Below, in pieces: positions 14,601 to 29,425 of a stretch of 64,000 nucleotides of DNA. The stretch covers positions 310,001-374,000 of the forward strand of contig NMRA01000055.1 in assembly GCA_002633005.1 (NCBI GenBank). The letters run 5' to 3'. The DNA comes from Phoronis australis. Its lineage: Eukaryota > Animalia > Phoronida. The translations under genes were made by a program, and so were the position numbers. The notes below the pieces were generated by a model. It saw only the letters and a list, made by a program, of their open reading frames with translations. It was not told where the DNA came from and did not search any database. The stretch's first letter is position 1; the number at the start of each line of letters is the position of its first letter.

Positions 14601-15581
14601 ACAACGCAGCAGAGACTAGTTGGTTAGTTCATAAAGCAAGACGAGCGTGATCGAACTTTGAAAAATCAACTACTACTAAAATAAAGACAAAAGGACAAAG
14701 AAATAATTTTTGGTAAGAGGCAGGAGCTAGGGGAGAGAAAATGATAAAACAGCTCAATGTAGAACAGGAACAGTTAGACAAATTAAAAATTTTCGTTCGC
14801 AAAAATACACTGTGTGTAAACTTGTAAAAACGATTTCCCAGATAATTCGCCCAATCATATAGGTCAACAAAAAAATTCACATAAAAATAAACGTAACAGT
14901 GGCAGCAGCTAAAAATATTTTTAAAACATCAACGCGCGAGGAGGTTATGGGAGTCGCATGGAAAGGTCGCAGACACGACGAGGCCGACTGGCATTCCTGA
15001 CAACAAACGATCGGGGGGAACAACAAGACTCAATTGTTTGAATGAAATCTGTACAATAAACCCTTTGTACTCGTCATATTTAAGTTGCCCATTCTAAATA
15101 GTTCACGTGTTTTGACAAGGTTATTACGGTAAAGCCGTAAAGTATTATTTAACAACAATGCGAATTCAACAACAATTGTTGTTGGAAAAGAGTTGGAAAA
15201 GATAAGATTTTCTCACACCTTCACAAATATTTTTCTTCTCCTTTCAATGCAACACTTGAGGCACTGGTGTCTGGACGGAGCTGTCGCATACTTTGAGAGA
15301 GAGTGAGATATGACCAAGCAAACATAGACCAATAACTGGCTACATCTTTGTCATCCTTTACATTTGCAATCTGACTTAAGTGACCAGATTGTTAATCACT
15401 CTAGTCACAAATTAGCTGAAGGTTACAACATCTTCAAAGACCATGAAAATAACTGACATTCGTGATTGTCACGTCTTGCATAAAAATGTGAACGAATGTG
15501 CCGTGCTTACACCACCATGTCAACGACCTGCATTTGGTGCTAACTTGTCAGAATTTGAAGTCAGTCAAGTAACTGGTGCAA

Positions 15582-15648
15582 ATGTCTGGTTAACTGATAC
15601 TACACTACACATCATGTCTGGTTAACTGATACTACTCGTACACATCAT
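15582..15648. repeat. ~32-bp tandem duplication
   Basis: ATGTCTGGTTAACTGATACTAC...TACACATC x2. Confidence 0.85.
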
Positions 15649-16470
15649 TCACTGTCACGTCAGTAGTCCTACCACAAACTTTATATATGAGTCGTCACCA
15701 ACACCACCGATATCATTAAAACAACTAGTATTTGATTGTAGTCAAGACCACCGTCGTAGCTACCCTTATGTTCACTGTTGTTACAATCACATTTTAGACC
15801 TACTCTTCACCAGTATGTCACCATAGCGAGTTCAATTTGGGCAAAATTCAAAAACATGCGTCAATTGTCTTGTTTTCGGACCCTTAGACTTCCATTGTGT
15901 TCACTACTGCGTGACACTAGTTGTGTACTTGGTGTAACTGTGATTTTCCAACAAATGAATACAAATATGCAACAGCTTCCAATCCTGCCTCTCGTTATAA
16001 ATTGTAAAACAAAAAAGTCTAACTCTTTTCAAACATGGCTCAGAATTTTTAACTTGACTCACGACTAACAAACATGACACAAGATTTCGAAACGTGTCTC
16101 AAACTTGAAGCAAAGCAATGCAGGGCGTACGACTGACGATGTCGCCATAGCATCATTGCCATCAGTCAATGTCACGGTAAGAACCACCATCTTCATTATC
16201 ATTATCATCTTTCTTAATCGCCCTCTCTGCCATCCATCGACAACAGTGTCATCACCACTACCACAGAACATCACTTATCAGACAGTACGGTGACCGGACG
16301 ATGCCAATGGCATTGGGTTCGTTTCTAGTAACACTAAAAGTATTATACTAATTGCGAAACCAGCCCGCCAATATTCATGCGGCACAAGTTTCGTGCAACC
16401 TAGTGATTGTGGCTACAACGCTACAGGGCAGGGCTTCGTAAACTAACGACAATTGGTAATCAGTTTGTGA

Positions 16471-16684
16471 GGCCTGGGCACCACGACCTGGGCACCACGA
16501 CCTGGACACCACGGCCCGGGCACCACGACCTGGGCACCACGACCTGGACACCACGGCCCGGGCACCACGGCCTGGGCACCACGACCTGGGCACCACGACC
16601 CGGGCACCACGGCCCGGGCACCACGGCCTGGGCACCACGGCCCGGGCACCACGACCTGGGCACCACGACCCGGGCACCACGACC
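16471..16684. repeat. GC-rich 14-bp minisatellite, ~15 copies
   Basis: Unit CCYGGRCACCACGR; explains the repetitive ORFs on both strands. Confidence 0.96.
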
Positions 16685-19600
16685 AGAGCTAAAAGTGACT
16701 CGGACAGCTAGTTGGACAATGTTTTTGAGAGAACGGACACTGATTGTTTGTCCACCACGATGTTGCAGTTAATTCAAACTTCGCAATGAACGATAGATGG
16801 AGTAGGGAAGGACAGGTATATAAAAGCCGAAAAACAAGCCATTTTCAAGAAATGCTGTTCCGTGAATTGAATTATTGTTATCTTCCAACTTCACCAGTGT
16901 TGGTGCCGGCATCAGTGATGCCAGTGAAATCGAAGTTGTTACTGTCACGCAACATAAATAAGTTCAAGGAATATTGAGGAAACTTTATAGTAAACCAGTT
17001 ACTTTTACTTATTGTCTGTTTGAAATTTGGGATATGAATCTCAGATACAGACTCAAATTCGCCAAGAGAAGCCACTTTGTTGCAGCGCATAAAACTGACG
17101 AGAGTGCCAATCCAACGCACCTATCCTCACTCCTGAATCAATAACTAACTATCAGTTCATAATTCCCAAGCCAAGAAATCACTTCCCATCCAAGCAAAGA
17201 ACAAGATGTGATCTACGTTAGAAGGGTGCTGCGTGGTCTTTAAGAGGCATGCAAGGCGAAAGCTCGTCAAAAATATCTTTTAATCAATTCCTGACCAAAG
17301 TACCTCATCGTGACGTGAAGTACAGAGTAATTCACTTTCCCCTGTGAGGAAATTTTTGCAAAAAAATCACAGTCATGATATTAGAAATATTCATGAAGGA
17401 GAAAAATCGACAAAGTGGCGAGCAGTTGACAGATCGTTTTTGTTTTTGAAATTTGAATCTAAAAGAAAATCCTTTGATATCAACAGAAATTAAAAATCCT
17501 TAAGAGCAAACCGTCAAAAATGCCTGCAGAGCAGATTGAATTCTGTTTCAACTTGGAAATTTAGTCTGTTTATCGCGTTCCAGGGCTCTTTAATACCAAA
17601 AAACAATTAAGATGCGATCTACTTTAAAACGGCACGTGATCTAAATCAAAAGTTGTTTTTGACAGGAGGAGGCAGTCACATAGAAATTACCCGAGTGCCT
17701 TGACGCACGGACTGCTTATGATCCGAGGTTGGAAATCTTCACTCATTCATAATTTATGCAGTCATATTGACCAGGTACGAAAAAGCATAGCAAGGAATTT
17801 ACATGTAACGAGTTCATAGCCTTAGAAATAAACAGTCAACCATGGAATATATATATATATATAAGTAAGCAATCGCTCATTTGACTTGGAAGTTTATTCA
17901 TCCTCATATCAAAACAAGTAGCATCAGTAGACGATAAACTCTGTTATTCCGCAATCGCGATGCTTCACCTGTGTAGAAGTGGGCCATTAATCATTTTAAA
18001 AAGCGAGCAGCGCCACAATTTAAGTACGTATAAGCTTACAGATAACTATAGCCAAATAATAGCATTAACAGTGCCTAGACGTGTCCTTTATTTATCATTG
18101 GAATTTATCATGATTGTCATAAATATTAATACGGCCAAATAGACGATTTTGAAGAATGGCCCTTTGACAACAATCCAATTATTATGCCTGTTTAGACTGC
18201 AAATAAACAGCTGTTTTACCATAACACAGACCGACAAAGTAAACGAAATCGGATGGAATGAAATCGGCCTAGATGTTTTACATAGCTTGCAAAATTACTA
18301 CGCAATTCACTAGACGATCAAACGACGAAGGTGTACGGTTATGAAATCACAGTTCAGGAATTTCACCAGGAGCATTTGGGCTTGTGGGAACGGCTGGGAC
18401 ATGCCAAAAACACAAGCGACAATAAGGACGGAGACACATCATAGGCTGGTTCACATTCCTCACAACCGATCCTATTCTATGGGCATAAAGGGACACATGG
18501 TAAAGATAGTTATCTGGCAGAACCTGACAAGTATTTGGTTTTGTCTAACGTTAGTACTCCATAAATCCGTAAAATGGTATCAGTGTTTTAAAAGAAAATC
18601 TTTGAAAAGTTGGCGTGGCAGGTATTACGGTTTTGAGCTAAGCAAAATATTTCATGTGTCAGAATTACCCCTTGATCTCCCGAAACGGTTATTTAGTGAA
18701 ACGATTAGGGAAGTACAAATACCGCCTGAATTTGTGATGCACACGCAAGAACTTTCGGAAAGTGGCATGTGCTACTTTCATTCACCAATATGCTCTTGCC
18801 TAACAATAGAAGAATGTGAATTAGGCAACCAGAAACAAAAAGTAAGATATAAAAAGTTCCATAAGCTAATTTTATCACCAATCAATACTGCTTTATCAAT
18901 TCCTTGACATTAGAGTTTGCATAGGGGTGATAGCAAACGTATTGTATTTGAAGTTTCACAAAGCTTCAAAAGTTAGTAACCGGTTAAGCCGATTCAGTTC
19001 TATTTTTGCCTGACACATATTAAGTTTCCGTTTGACTGCAGCGGATATCTCGAGATGAATATCAAATTATGAAGCGCACTGTCCCTCTTCGGTAAACTGT
19101 GTTTCGGAATTATTGAAAAGAAAAGATTAACACACAAATACCAAGTATAAGCAAGAAGTGACAACCAAAATTTGATTCAGACATCATGTTGGCTAAAGTG
19201 AAATCACAGTTTGGTAATCAGTATGAAGTTGATCCGCTTTCCGGGGGTTTTGTATTCATTTATATAATTTATGATGGGTGTTATTGGTCTTACTGAGGCC
19301 TCATGTCGTTTGTAAGTAGATGAAGTTAACTTCCATCTAACGAGATATTGCCTATTTTACTATTTTGTCTTTCTTGAACATCTTTTAAGAAGGAAACACA
19401 TATAGTCTAAAATACGTGAGTGAGATCTGCCCGAGACAATAGCCCTCAATGTTGCCTTCCCGGCAAAAATCCCCTCCCTAGATGCAACCAGAGAGGGCAA
19501 AAAACATTAAAATTGAAGGGACGTCCTACCAACCTATCCTATGAAACAGCTCCAGAGACCAAACGTCAATGTCATTTACTAATATTGGGCATTATAGCCA

Positions 19601-22600
19601 ACTACGGCACTTGGACCCAAAGGAGAGGAATGATTAAGATTGTGCCCTCATAGCCTGTGTAGAGGTGAGTCAAGTGCTAACTGGTTACCACTCTCCCGAA
19701 ACGTCACTTACACCGCCATATTTATGTTTCAGGCATACATCTCTAAACGATGCAACAGGGGTTTCAAGACAGTCGTGTCGCGAAAAATGTAAGTAAAATA
19801 GTTGTAATGTAACCAGTTTATCTGTAACTATCATATCAGCAAAATATATGACGTTTCCAAGTCAATTTTAATTGAGGACAAACTTTCGGCAATGTCTACC
19901 CGGGGATATACATCGCAGTCAGGTAGGTTTTTTTTGTCAAATAGCCGTTGTTATTTAACTCGACTCGAAGCCAGTGGAATGAAAATGACTTTCACGGAAT
20001 GTAACAACTGGGAGATATGGATTCCGAATGTAAGGATAGGATTTCAACTAGCCTTTGTCTCCAGGGCTTGTGTTTGCCACTCGATGACTTCCGAAAGACA
20101 ACCCGTGGACGAAATTCGAAGCACCTTCCTAGGAACAGATAAGGCCTTGTTGCCAATATTCTGCCCTTGCCACCAGTCGTATGGTTTAAGTTGCATACTT
20201 TGTGTAACCATTGCTTGAACGTTATGCAAACGTCAATATATGAAATCCATTATGAGTGGTGAATAACTTTAAGGGCGTATTTATGTTGTTCTGAGGGTCG
20301 TGTTAACCTTAGGGCACGTGCCCGGGGCACCCCGCGGCCGCTCACCATCACCAAAAATTAAAGCTAAAACTTTTAAGTACATGATTAGACAATGCCATAT
20401 AATTATAAATTGATCCAACATAGGCAATACGATCGGCCGCCAGCCGCGAAGCGGTGGGGCGATGTTCCTGTTCTGGGAACGCTCAACTCATGATTGATAA
20501 AATAAAATGTAGTAAACATTATGTCAGAAAACAAATACTCTAGAATAATAGACCGAATACAAATATAGTGACAAAACCACGATAAGTTGTCTTTCAGTAT
20601 TTTGTCATAAATATGCAAATTGTGTGGGTCAATTGTTCAAAATAAGTTACGACATTGTCGCAAAAAACAACGGGCGTTTTAGTTCGTGGACAAGTAAATT
20701 ACGTTAGTTGGAAAACTGACCTGAGTCAAGCTCCATGTCCTGAGTTTCATGAACTTGGTCGGAAAATATAACTGTCAGCGACCACTCCTAAACTTAGTAT
20801 TTTTTCTTAGAATAAATGTATTATTCCGGATATTGGCGCACGGGCCTAAATAAGTGCGTATCTGTTAAAATATGCATGATGTAGGCGTGGACTCAAGTGT
20901 GTTCGAGAAAAAATATATCCTGTTATCAACGTAATTAAGCGTTATCACGGCACATCGTTCTCTTGTGTTGTTCACCTCCAGAATAGTGTAAGCGAGATAG
21001 CACAGCTCGTTACTGTGTAACAAGGAAACCCATGGATTTCTATCATATCACGGCGTGTGGTGTTCTCGATTTTTGTTCTTTTCATCGTTGCACAAATCTT
21101 TCATCCCCCGCCACAAAATGTGCACAAATAATGATATTTTTTCGAGGTAAAACTAACAATTGAGTTTTTTGAAAAGGAAAGATGGTTTTTCATTTGTCCA
21201 TAGAACTTAGTGCAACGAAAACTATTATGAAAACGCCCGAATATTCCCGCCAAAGAATCGCGGTTGGTTGCTTCATCGTATTTTCAACGACGGGAATTAG
21301 CATTATATGAAGAATTGTTCTGCCTGCTAGCAAAGAAATATCTCCGTTAGACACAGAAAGTGGTCTGGTAGGGGGCAATATACTTCTACGAGAGGGGACT
21401 AGCGTACAAGAACACACGGGCATTGAACACTAGGTGCCTTCAGTATTCTACAGTTCTTTGTACTTAGTGTTCGGTCGCAATTTCAGCACTACCCAGCTCA
21501 TGTCCTCTTTTATAGAAAACATTACTTTCAAGAATGTCATGTCTGGGTACAAGGGAGAAACTTTGCACCACATGGGCAAGAGTGGAATATGGAATTGTAT
21601 TTCCTAATCTTAAGATAGCCATAGTATGTCTCCCACAATTATGAAATCCATTACCAAAGGTGACAGGTCATTTCCAGTGCTCGCTAAACAAAAAAAATCA
21701 AATTCATTCGTCTTGTCCCAAGATTAGCGGTTTAGTGTAAGGCATATTTTTTTACTCGGAAATAAATCAAATGTTTGTTGCACTACTTTGAAGCCAAGTT
21801 GTCTGAAATGTCAGTATTAATCTTTCAGCATCTAACAGAATTAGTTAAATCAGAAGCCACGAATCCAACCACTTTTTGTGCCCGGGGTACCACTATAAGT
21901 TAACACGGCCCTGATTGCTTATGCGAAAATACGAATAACAACGTTATTAACTAAATGATAATACTAAACCAGATGCCAAACGACGCCTGGAGGATTGCGT
22001 GAAAAGTCACCAGAGCACTCGTAAATACCTTGAGAAATGCACGAAAACGTAGAATCAACATTTTCACCGACGTGATGAAAGCACAATTTGAATGACCTAC
22101 GCGTCACCTATTGTGAAGCATACATACTAATTGCGTTAACGACCTTGTTGATCAAAACGAGACTGCAAATCTGGAGAAGGGAAGGTATTGGCATTGAAAT
22201 ATGCAGTGGAGGATGGTTTTCAGGGTGCTGCTATGACAACAAACACGTAGATCAAGCAGGTGAGCTTTAAAAAACAAAAATGTATTGTAAGAGATTATAC
22301 GGCATATTTTAGAAAAACAAAGCTCTAACAATTAACAAAATATTTCAGGATTTTCTTTTCAGTCTTCTCCAGTTATTTTTGGAGACATATTTTGTATCTA
22401 AGGGACACTAACAACACCACCTCTAGCACTGAAGATGATTATCACAGCAGCAGAAATTAAAACAATAACAGTGAAGTGAATAGTTCGTAGTTATTAAATA
22501 TATCTAAGTAGATACAGATACTTATTGGGGAAGAGTGTGTTCATAGCGACAAATCCTAGGCGAGAATGTAAAACGTATAATGCAAAAAGTAGGGTAAACG

Positions 22601-23019
22601 GTTTCAACTGTTTGTTTAGTTATACGTTACGACACTGCGTCTTGGACGTCTTTTTCATGTTTCAGTCTGAACATTTTAATTTTTACTTTTCCTTTAATGG
22701 ATTCTTTGGCATCAGCTCCACTCACAAGACGCTGGTTTGTAGCTGTATCTACTCTGACGTATTAATATAACAATAAATAGGTGAAAAAATAAAATTTTGT
22801 TCAATTGCTTTGAAATTTGGTCTTCGTGAATCCTTGCTCTATAATAAACCTATTAAAAATGTCACGTGAAAACGGACTAAGGTTAGTCTTCATCTGAATC
22901 TTCAAATGTTTACTACACTGTTTTTATTGTTCTGAGAAGAAGGCACAACTGGCGTGACGGTACTCCGTGGCTTTTTGACAGATTGTCAATTTAGGGTACA
23001 CACCTTTAAACGATGCAGT

Positions 23020-23180
23020 GTTCTGTTGTCAAAACATCAACTTCTTCACAGGCGTATTTTCTCGTCCAAAGCAACAACATCGCGTTCAAATCCTTCGTTA
23101 GAGTTGATTTGGTTACAACAAACCGCCTGAAGTTCCCCTGACGGCCATACTGCCTTGGCGACTGAAACTATCTCACAAGG
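23020..23180 (+). repeat. Old dispersed repeat (pair with 37660-37815)
   Basis: Shared ordered blocks TTCTGKTGTCAA, CACAGGCGTATT, TCCAARGCAA, TTACAACAAA, CTGAAACTA. Confidence 0.55.
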
Positions 23181-26100
23181 AACATAATGGAGCTGATCTG
23201 AAGGGCTAACAACCTGTCAACTTTTATTCTAGAAATCATGTTTAATCCGAGTCAAGAATAGAAGCCACTCGACAACATTTAGAACTGTAGTATTTTCAAA
23301 CCACCAAAACTTAAACGAAACACGACCCTCCTCAGTAGAGTCCGTTTGCAAAGTTTTAAGAGAAGGAACTCCTTCGTTGGGCAATTTTGTAGGAAAATGC
23401 ACTCTTTTACCGGAAAGGTAGTCGTGAAAAAATCCACCCATTTGAGCGAGACGTCCCGCACATGCCACCCAACACCTGGGTACCGTCAATGGCAAGTTTT
23501 TGAAACGGTACGGAAACAGAGGGATGGTTCACTTTTCGTACCTGAAATACACAAATCCCTTCAAATGTTTGATACATTCAGAAAATAAAGGAGGATACTG
23601 TCTTTGGCGTACGATAATTCTGCATGCTCTGGGTCGCATGTCTTGGGAATGTTTTCGGCAGCTAAATGGCTCAGACGTGATCAAATGTTATCCAAACACT
23701 GCACAACTAAGGTCAAAATCTTTATGTCGCCATTTCCAGATTTCACTAGATGCCTTTCGTCGGCTGGACTTTCAAAGCAAACATTCAGCGGTGTCTCTGT
23801 CAAAGAGCATATCCACTCACTACACTGAAACTATACGGAACTCTCTAGTGAAATCTCGTTGGAAGACTGGTCATCGTTGCCTGGCAGTTTTTTAAAACAG
23901 CGACTCTGACTTAAAAGTTTTTCTATAGCGGTAACAGAACCCCTTTTGGGCCTAAAGCGCCATCTTTGAAACATCTATTTCTGTCTGCATTAGTTCTACA
24001 TTTCATTTTTAATACGGCAAGCTAACATCCCGAATTTTACACGAAAGTTCACTGGTTGCTTTTGAGCCGGCCGATTCGCTGTCGCGAATTTGATTTTTCT
24101 CAGGGATTTTGACGTGACCTTATTTCCGCTGCATATGCAGCTTGCTTGGGGTTGATAAAACACGTTTTTGGTCATTTCGACAAGTCCCTGCCACTGCCAA
24201 CCAAAAGACAATAAAACGCACATCAGCCAAAGTGCAAGTTAATAACCGACTGTTTCAAAACACGGACATTGTACCTCAAAAATAGAGACAGCAAGCAGAA
24301 CAAAAGCCATAAAGCGCCATCTAATGGGCGCCACCAACCTAGTGCCCCACAAATCAACGGACAAGGGACCTCTGATACTAAAAATAGACGGCTGCAAAAA
24401 TTCAAAACACGTCTCAACGTGTCCATCAGTCAAACCAGAAATTTTCTTAAGACACACGTGTGTTAATCACTGCAACCAGTGGATGGCGTTTCACGCATCA
24501 TGTGACTTTTCCAGCACGTCAAGTGTAAGACGACCACTTACGAAACTATTCCTTTGTCGTATCTGTTCGACATCGCAACGGCCATCTCCAGCGAAATTAT
24601 TTTTGACTACAAAATAAAACTCGGCACTACTTTGGATAACCATCTGGGTACTTCCAATTATGGCTGGCGGCCATTTTTACCTCTGTTAATTATTTGCGAA
24701 TGGAAGTCGTGTATCAACTGAGGGCAAGTCGATATCTGTTGCGATTTTGGGAATTATCCAGAAGTCGGTGAAATTTATTCGCCAAACTTTCACCTGTATT
24801 TCAGGAAAGTGTGTGAAAGATGCTCAAGGACTAGAGGTTATACAGGATCGTTTGTAACTCAAGTTTGAACACAGAGACAGCTGAGCGAGGTAAGTGTTTA
24901 TATCCTCACGTATACAACTGGCCGAGTAACGTCAACAAATGCTGCTGAACTTTCCGTAGTGATTGGTTCCACTCTTTTGTGTGCTACAAACTTTTGTAGT
25001 AAGAGATGCGTTACCGCTTCGTTTATTTATGCTAGAACTACGTTACATGATGCGCACCTCCGTTCTAGGGTTAGGGCTGTCGACCATGTAGTCTACAGTT
25101 CCCCTGCGTTTCCAAACACAAAGGTAGGCCTACTGTATCCACACCCCATCACCAGAAATTTCACCCAAGGTATAATATAAATTATCAATTACAATAGTAC
25201 AAGGGTATTCTCATAATAATTTGTTTCGATTTATTCGCTTGTCAATGTCCAACGTGAACTGCTCAGGAACAAATTTCGTTGTGGTCTAGCGATAACAAGG
25301 CACAAAATAATTACAATACGTAAGGTTTAAAGCTCGTTTAGATACAGAGAAAGTCTTCTACAACTCAGTTAAGTTGGGTGTTTTGGAATGCGATGAGCGA
25401 AATATGGATTATTCTGTTTCCTTTGCGTTTGGTGCAAGTAAAAACCAGCAATACACGGGAGGAAATTCAGAGTTTTATTGGTTGGTTGGAAAGAGGAATT
25501 AATAGATTGTGAGCAGCATCGTATGGTGTGGTCGACTGGCATTTAAAATGACTGTAGCAACTGGTTAATGAGCAGTGATAGTTCAGGATAGCCTTGGCAA
25601 GAAAGCAATTCCCCGAACTGAGCTGATGGTCTTCTTCAAATGTTAATTATTGGCTCGGCTGGATGGGTGCGTTCTAGGTGTTCAGTTTTGTTTTGAAGAT
25701 GATTTTAGGAAATAGTTGGCGTAAATTGGCTCGGGAACGTGTGTCTGGTCTGGTTTGATGTTAATGGTTCTGACGCAAAAGAAAAATAGGAGGAACGGGG
25801 AAATAAGGTATATGTGAGCCTACGTTTGCCTACAATAGATGATGTTCAGAAGTATGTCGATGTCTACAAATCCCATAGCATAACATTTAATTTAATTCAG
25901 TCCTGTTACTTTTTTCTCTTATCATTTAGCAACAGTATTACCTATATATCAATCAGCACAGGTTGAACATTGATTGAACATAGAGAACAGTACAGTCCTT
26001 AGATGTCTATGAGGACACAGTAGAATGATCAGGTGCATCGTCTTCTTGCCAGTGTTGTTTCAACTAACACCCAGGGCAGCTACGTCTTGGTTACGTGTTG

Positions 26101-27787
26101 CGACTTAACGAATTAAGTTCAGAATGAGCAATTGACATTAGTCGAAGACTACTCTGAGCACTGCTGGGTAAGATCACGGGTTAGCACGCTAAAAATCAAC
26201 TGTTTTCTGCAGTGAGCATTAATTATCCAGTTCGAACGAGTTCTAAGAAAGCTATTGTGCGCAACAGTGTAGACACAGCTTGTTGAGTGTTATTTTTTGC
26301 CACTCTACAACTGGTTTCTCTTTTCAGCCCGTAAATTATACATTTTACCCAACTCGAAATATTGGGATAACAATTTTACTTTCATTGCAGGTTATCATGC
26401 AGTGTTCATACCTGTATTATAGTAATCATAACCAGTTAGCATGAAAACAAGTCGCAGAATGGGTTTCTATTTTATTTTGCTACACACAGGCATAAAACAA
26501 GTGATAACCCTGTAAGAAACTTAGCTACACTTCAGTATGGGCAGTGAAACCACTGATAATAACTTTTATGAAAGTTATTTGTTGAATCAAATTTGATACA
26601 ATACAATACTAGCAAGCTCGGCCAAAGATTACCATCAGAAAGGGCCAGTACTAATTAGTTATTACCTTTTATGGCATCTGAGGTCGCTTGCTCCTAACTA
26701 CACAGTAGTCAAATGTCGCTCCCGGCATGAGACATCGAAAATATCAAATAAACGCACTGGCTATATGTGAGCCATATCAAATGTAATTCAAGTCAAAATA
26801 TAAATAAACAGGACAAAGACGAGTGAACCATTAGGAAACCGAACATTTGTTTTTCCTTGTTGTTTCCTTTTCACTGAAAGTAACATGAATACTCTTGGCA
26901 GACGGGATCAGCGGGACTAGATGTATGTGAAGCCCAGTATTACAACTTCATTTGTGAAACGTCACGTTTATAGTGAACAAACGAAAAATATTCGACACAT
27001 GAAATCATGTTTTTTATAATGGTTTCCATTCACACACGCATTCATTGATGAAAGGTCGTCTTAAAAACTTGGCATAATTTGCCTTGGAATGGACGTTTTG
27101 TGCTATTCTCCAACATATATAAAAAAGAAGATAAAACGCGCACATTTGTTAACCTTAAAATGTCGCTGGACGTTGCTAAGTGATGTTGTAAAAGGCCTAC
27201 ACTGTTCGTGAGGATTTTCGTATTCAATTTAGTATTAACACTTTAAACAAAAAATCTGTTACTGCCCGAGATGAAGAATCCACGACATCTAAATCAATTA
27301 GAACGTTTTCTTATAGTTTCTACTCGTTGCTAACGCTTGTAGAAACGGAAAAGTTGAAATGAGTTACAGATGAAAAGACGGCGGACGTTGACAGATGAAC
27401 CACGCACAACTGCATAGCATAGACACATTAGAATGCCACAGACACAAGCCTGAGGAATGGTGCGATTGGAAAACTGCGACAAGCTCAGCGGGATCTACCC
27501 CTAAATGCAATAGCAGATCCGGCGTATAAGTTCGTCACAAACAATGGGAAAAATAAACAGTGCGGGGATACTTGGCTAAGTTCAAAGAGACAACTTCGAC
27601 GTTTATAATCAAAACAAACTTCAGTTTCCTAGTTCTCACGAGTGGATAGAAACAAGTGCAGCAGGCGTTCTCGTAGTAGTCATGACCCCGACTGTTGTAC
27701 ATGCATAGTCACGATGAAGCGAGTAGTGGAACCTGGAACAACCCCCTAACGGCGTGTTGGAGAACAATGCATATAGCATATCTGAAT

Positions 27788-27880
27788 GTTTCACATGAAT
27801 CCGAGCAGCCATTTCTCAAATATGATGTTCCAAAGTTGGCTTGAAATTTGGACATTTATCGAGGGTCCTGCTTAACCTTT
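27788..27880 (-). mobile_element. Interspersed repeat family B terminal fragment, inverted
   Basis: CATGAATCCGAGCAGCCATTTCTCAAATATGATGTTCC...AAATTTGGACATTT resembles the reverse complement of the family B start. Confidence 0.55.
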
Positions 27881-29425
27881 TATACCAGACAATCGGTGAA
27901 TCTTCCCACATGTCGGGACATTCGATGAGTGCTGAGAACAATCCCATTAGGCGCACAACCCGACGGAGCAGTGATTTATAAACAGATCGGACATGGTCCT
28001 ATCAACCATAAGAGATGTCTCAAATCTTCACGAACAAAGACAGAAAGTTACACGACATTGACTGGCCTTTGTCTTAGTTTATGCTCCTGTAACGTTTTAG
28101 ACCTAAATGTTACACTCGCACCAGATGAGCGACACATGTAAACATTCTCGACCCAGTGCCTAATTGGTTTAGATGTGATTTATTGTTACAGAAGCGAGCT
28201 AATACCCAAGTATTTCCATTAACTATCTGTCAAGAGACTCGCAGAGCAAGAATTTAAAGCCAGGCCTTGAACATATATGAGTTTTTTCCCAACAAACCTC
28301 GGGCATAAAAAAATTGCTTTATGAAGTTACAGCCCAAAAGTTAAGAAAATTCCAGTTTCAATTTTCTCTGGCCAATATTCCTTCATCTCAAGCACCATTA
28401 TTGTCATTATCATTATTATTCAAACACGTAAAAATGTGATGTATATGTCCCGATATTAAATTTACAAATTTCAAAGAAATTACGTTGAGAACAAATGAAA
28501 AACAGTTAGCATTGGTTTGATGAAGCTGTGAGTGAATATGGCTCATCTATGATTTCAAGCTATGTAGTGCGCTGTAATACTGCATATTTCGCCACCGTAA
28601 CTTCCTGTAACTCATCTCTATTCCCGCCATAAAATCAACCTAGAACAGCTCTCAGTCAGCCACGGACAGTAGCGGGAATGTGCTTGTTTTCCGTGTAAAC
28701 AAAACAGTACCTTAAAAACCAATAAAATAGAAACTTCATATGGGCTGAGGCGAAGGTCACGCTTAATCATTTGTCAAGTTATGGCTGCGGATATCATTAA
28801 CGAATCATTCCCTTACACTGCCTCAAGTCTAATGCAATGCTTCCAATAAAATACATTCTCTAAGGAAGATCCTCGGATTCCATCGTACGCGTGAGAATTT
28901 GTCTGGCGGGTACATCAAGCGTGTAATGGGAAAACAAACCGTAGCCTTCAATCGTCACTGAAGTAGCATTTTGACAGTGTTTGGAAACTTGGTGTTATCT
29001 CATGTCCTAAGCCTTAGGCCTCCACACAACGGGCTCTATAGGTGGTCACGGGTGTCTGTGTTGTTTCAACATAGCTGATTGATAGTGAGCGAGACTTGCG
29101 AGACATAAAAAGATGGACACTCAAAGGTCAAACGCCATCGAATTAATCAATTGTAAAGACTTAAATATTTAGTTTCTCAACTACTTCAATAGTCGGTAGC
29201 CGACTGGTGCTCAGGACAGAGTTGTCAAAATTCATGACAAATTTGCAACACCACGTCAGTACGCTGATGATGCGAATCCAAGTGCACCAACCACTGATAT
29301 TTAGGATCTTGGTTATGAAGATGCTGACGAAAGGTAGTTCAAAAGTGACACAACTTGCTAATCAGCTTTCTCGAGTGCCAGACCCGGTTATCTAAACCTC
29401 TGACGTGGGATGAAAAATGAGCATT

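Noticed and set aside
16375-16772. Repetitive Pro/Gly/Arg/His-rich ORFs on both strands
   Set aside because: Produced by the 14-bp minisatellite, whose unit is not a multiple of 3; no exon context
18341-18907. 188-aa ORF, the longest outside Delta
   Set aside because: No recognisable domain or exon structure; chance ORF unless BLASTP says otherwise
22440-22460. TATCACAGCAGC resembling miR-2
   Set aside because: Only the first 9 nt match; no precursor hairpin
23860-23880. TGGAAGACTGGTCATCGTTG resembling miR-7
   Set aside because: Several mismatches to the near-invariant mature miR-7 and no convincing star arm
29255-29330. TGATGA...CTGA...CTGA as a C/D snoRNA
   Set aside because: No proper terminal stem, no clear rRNA guide complementarity, no evident host intron
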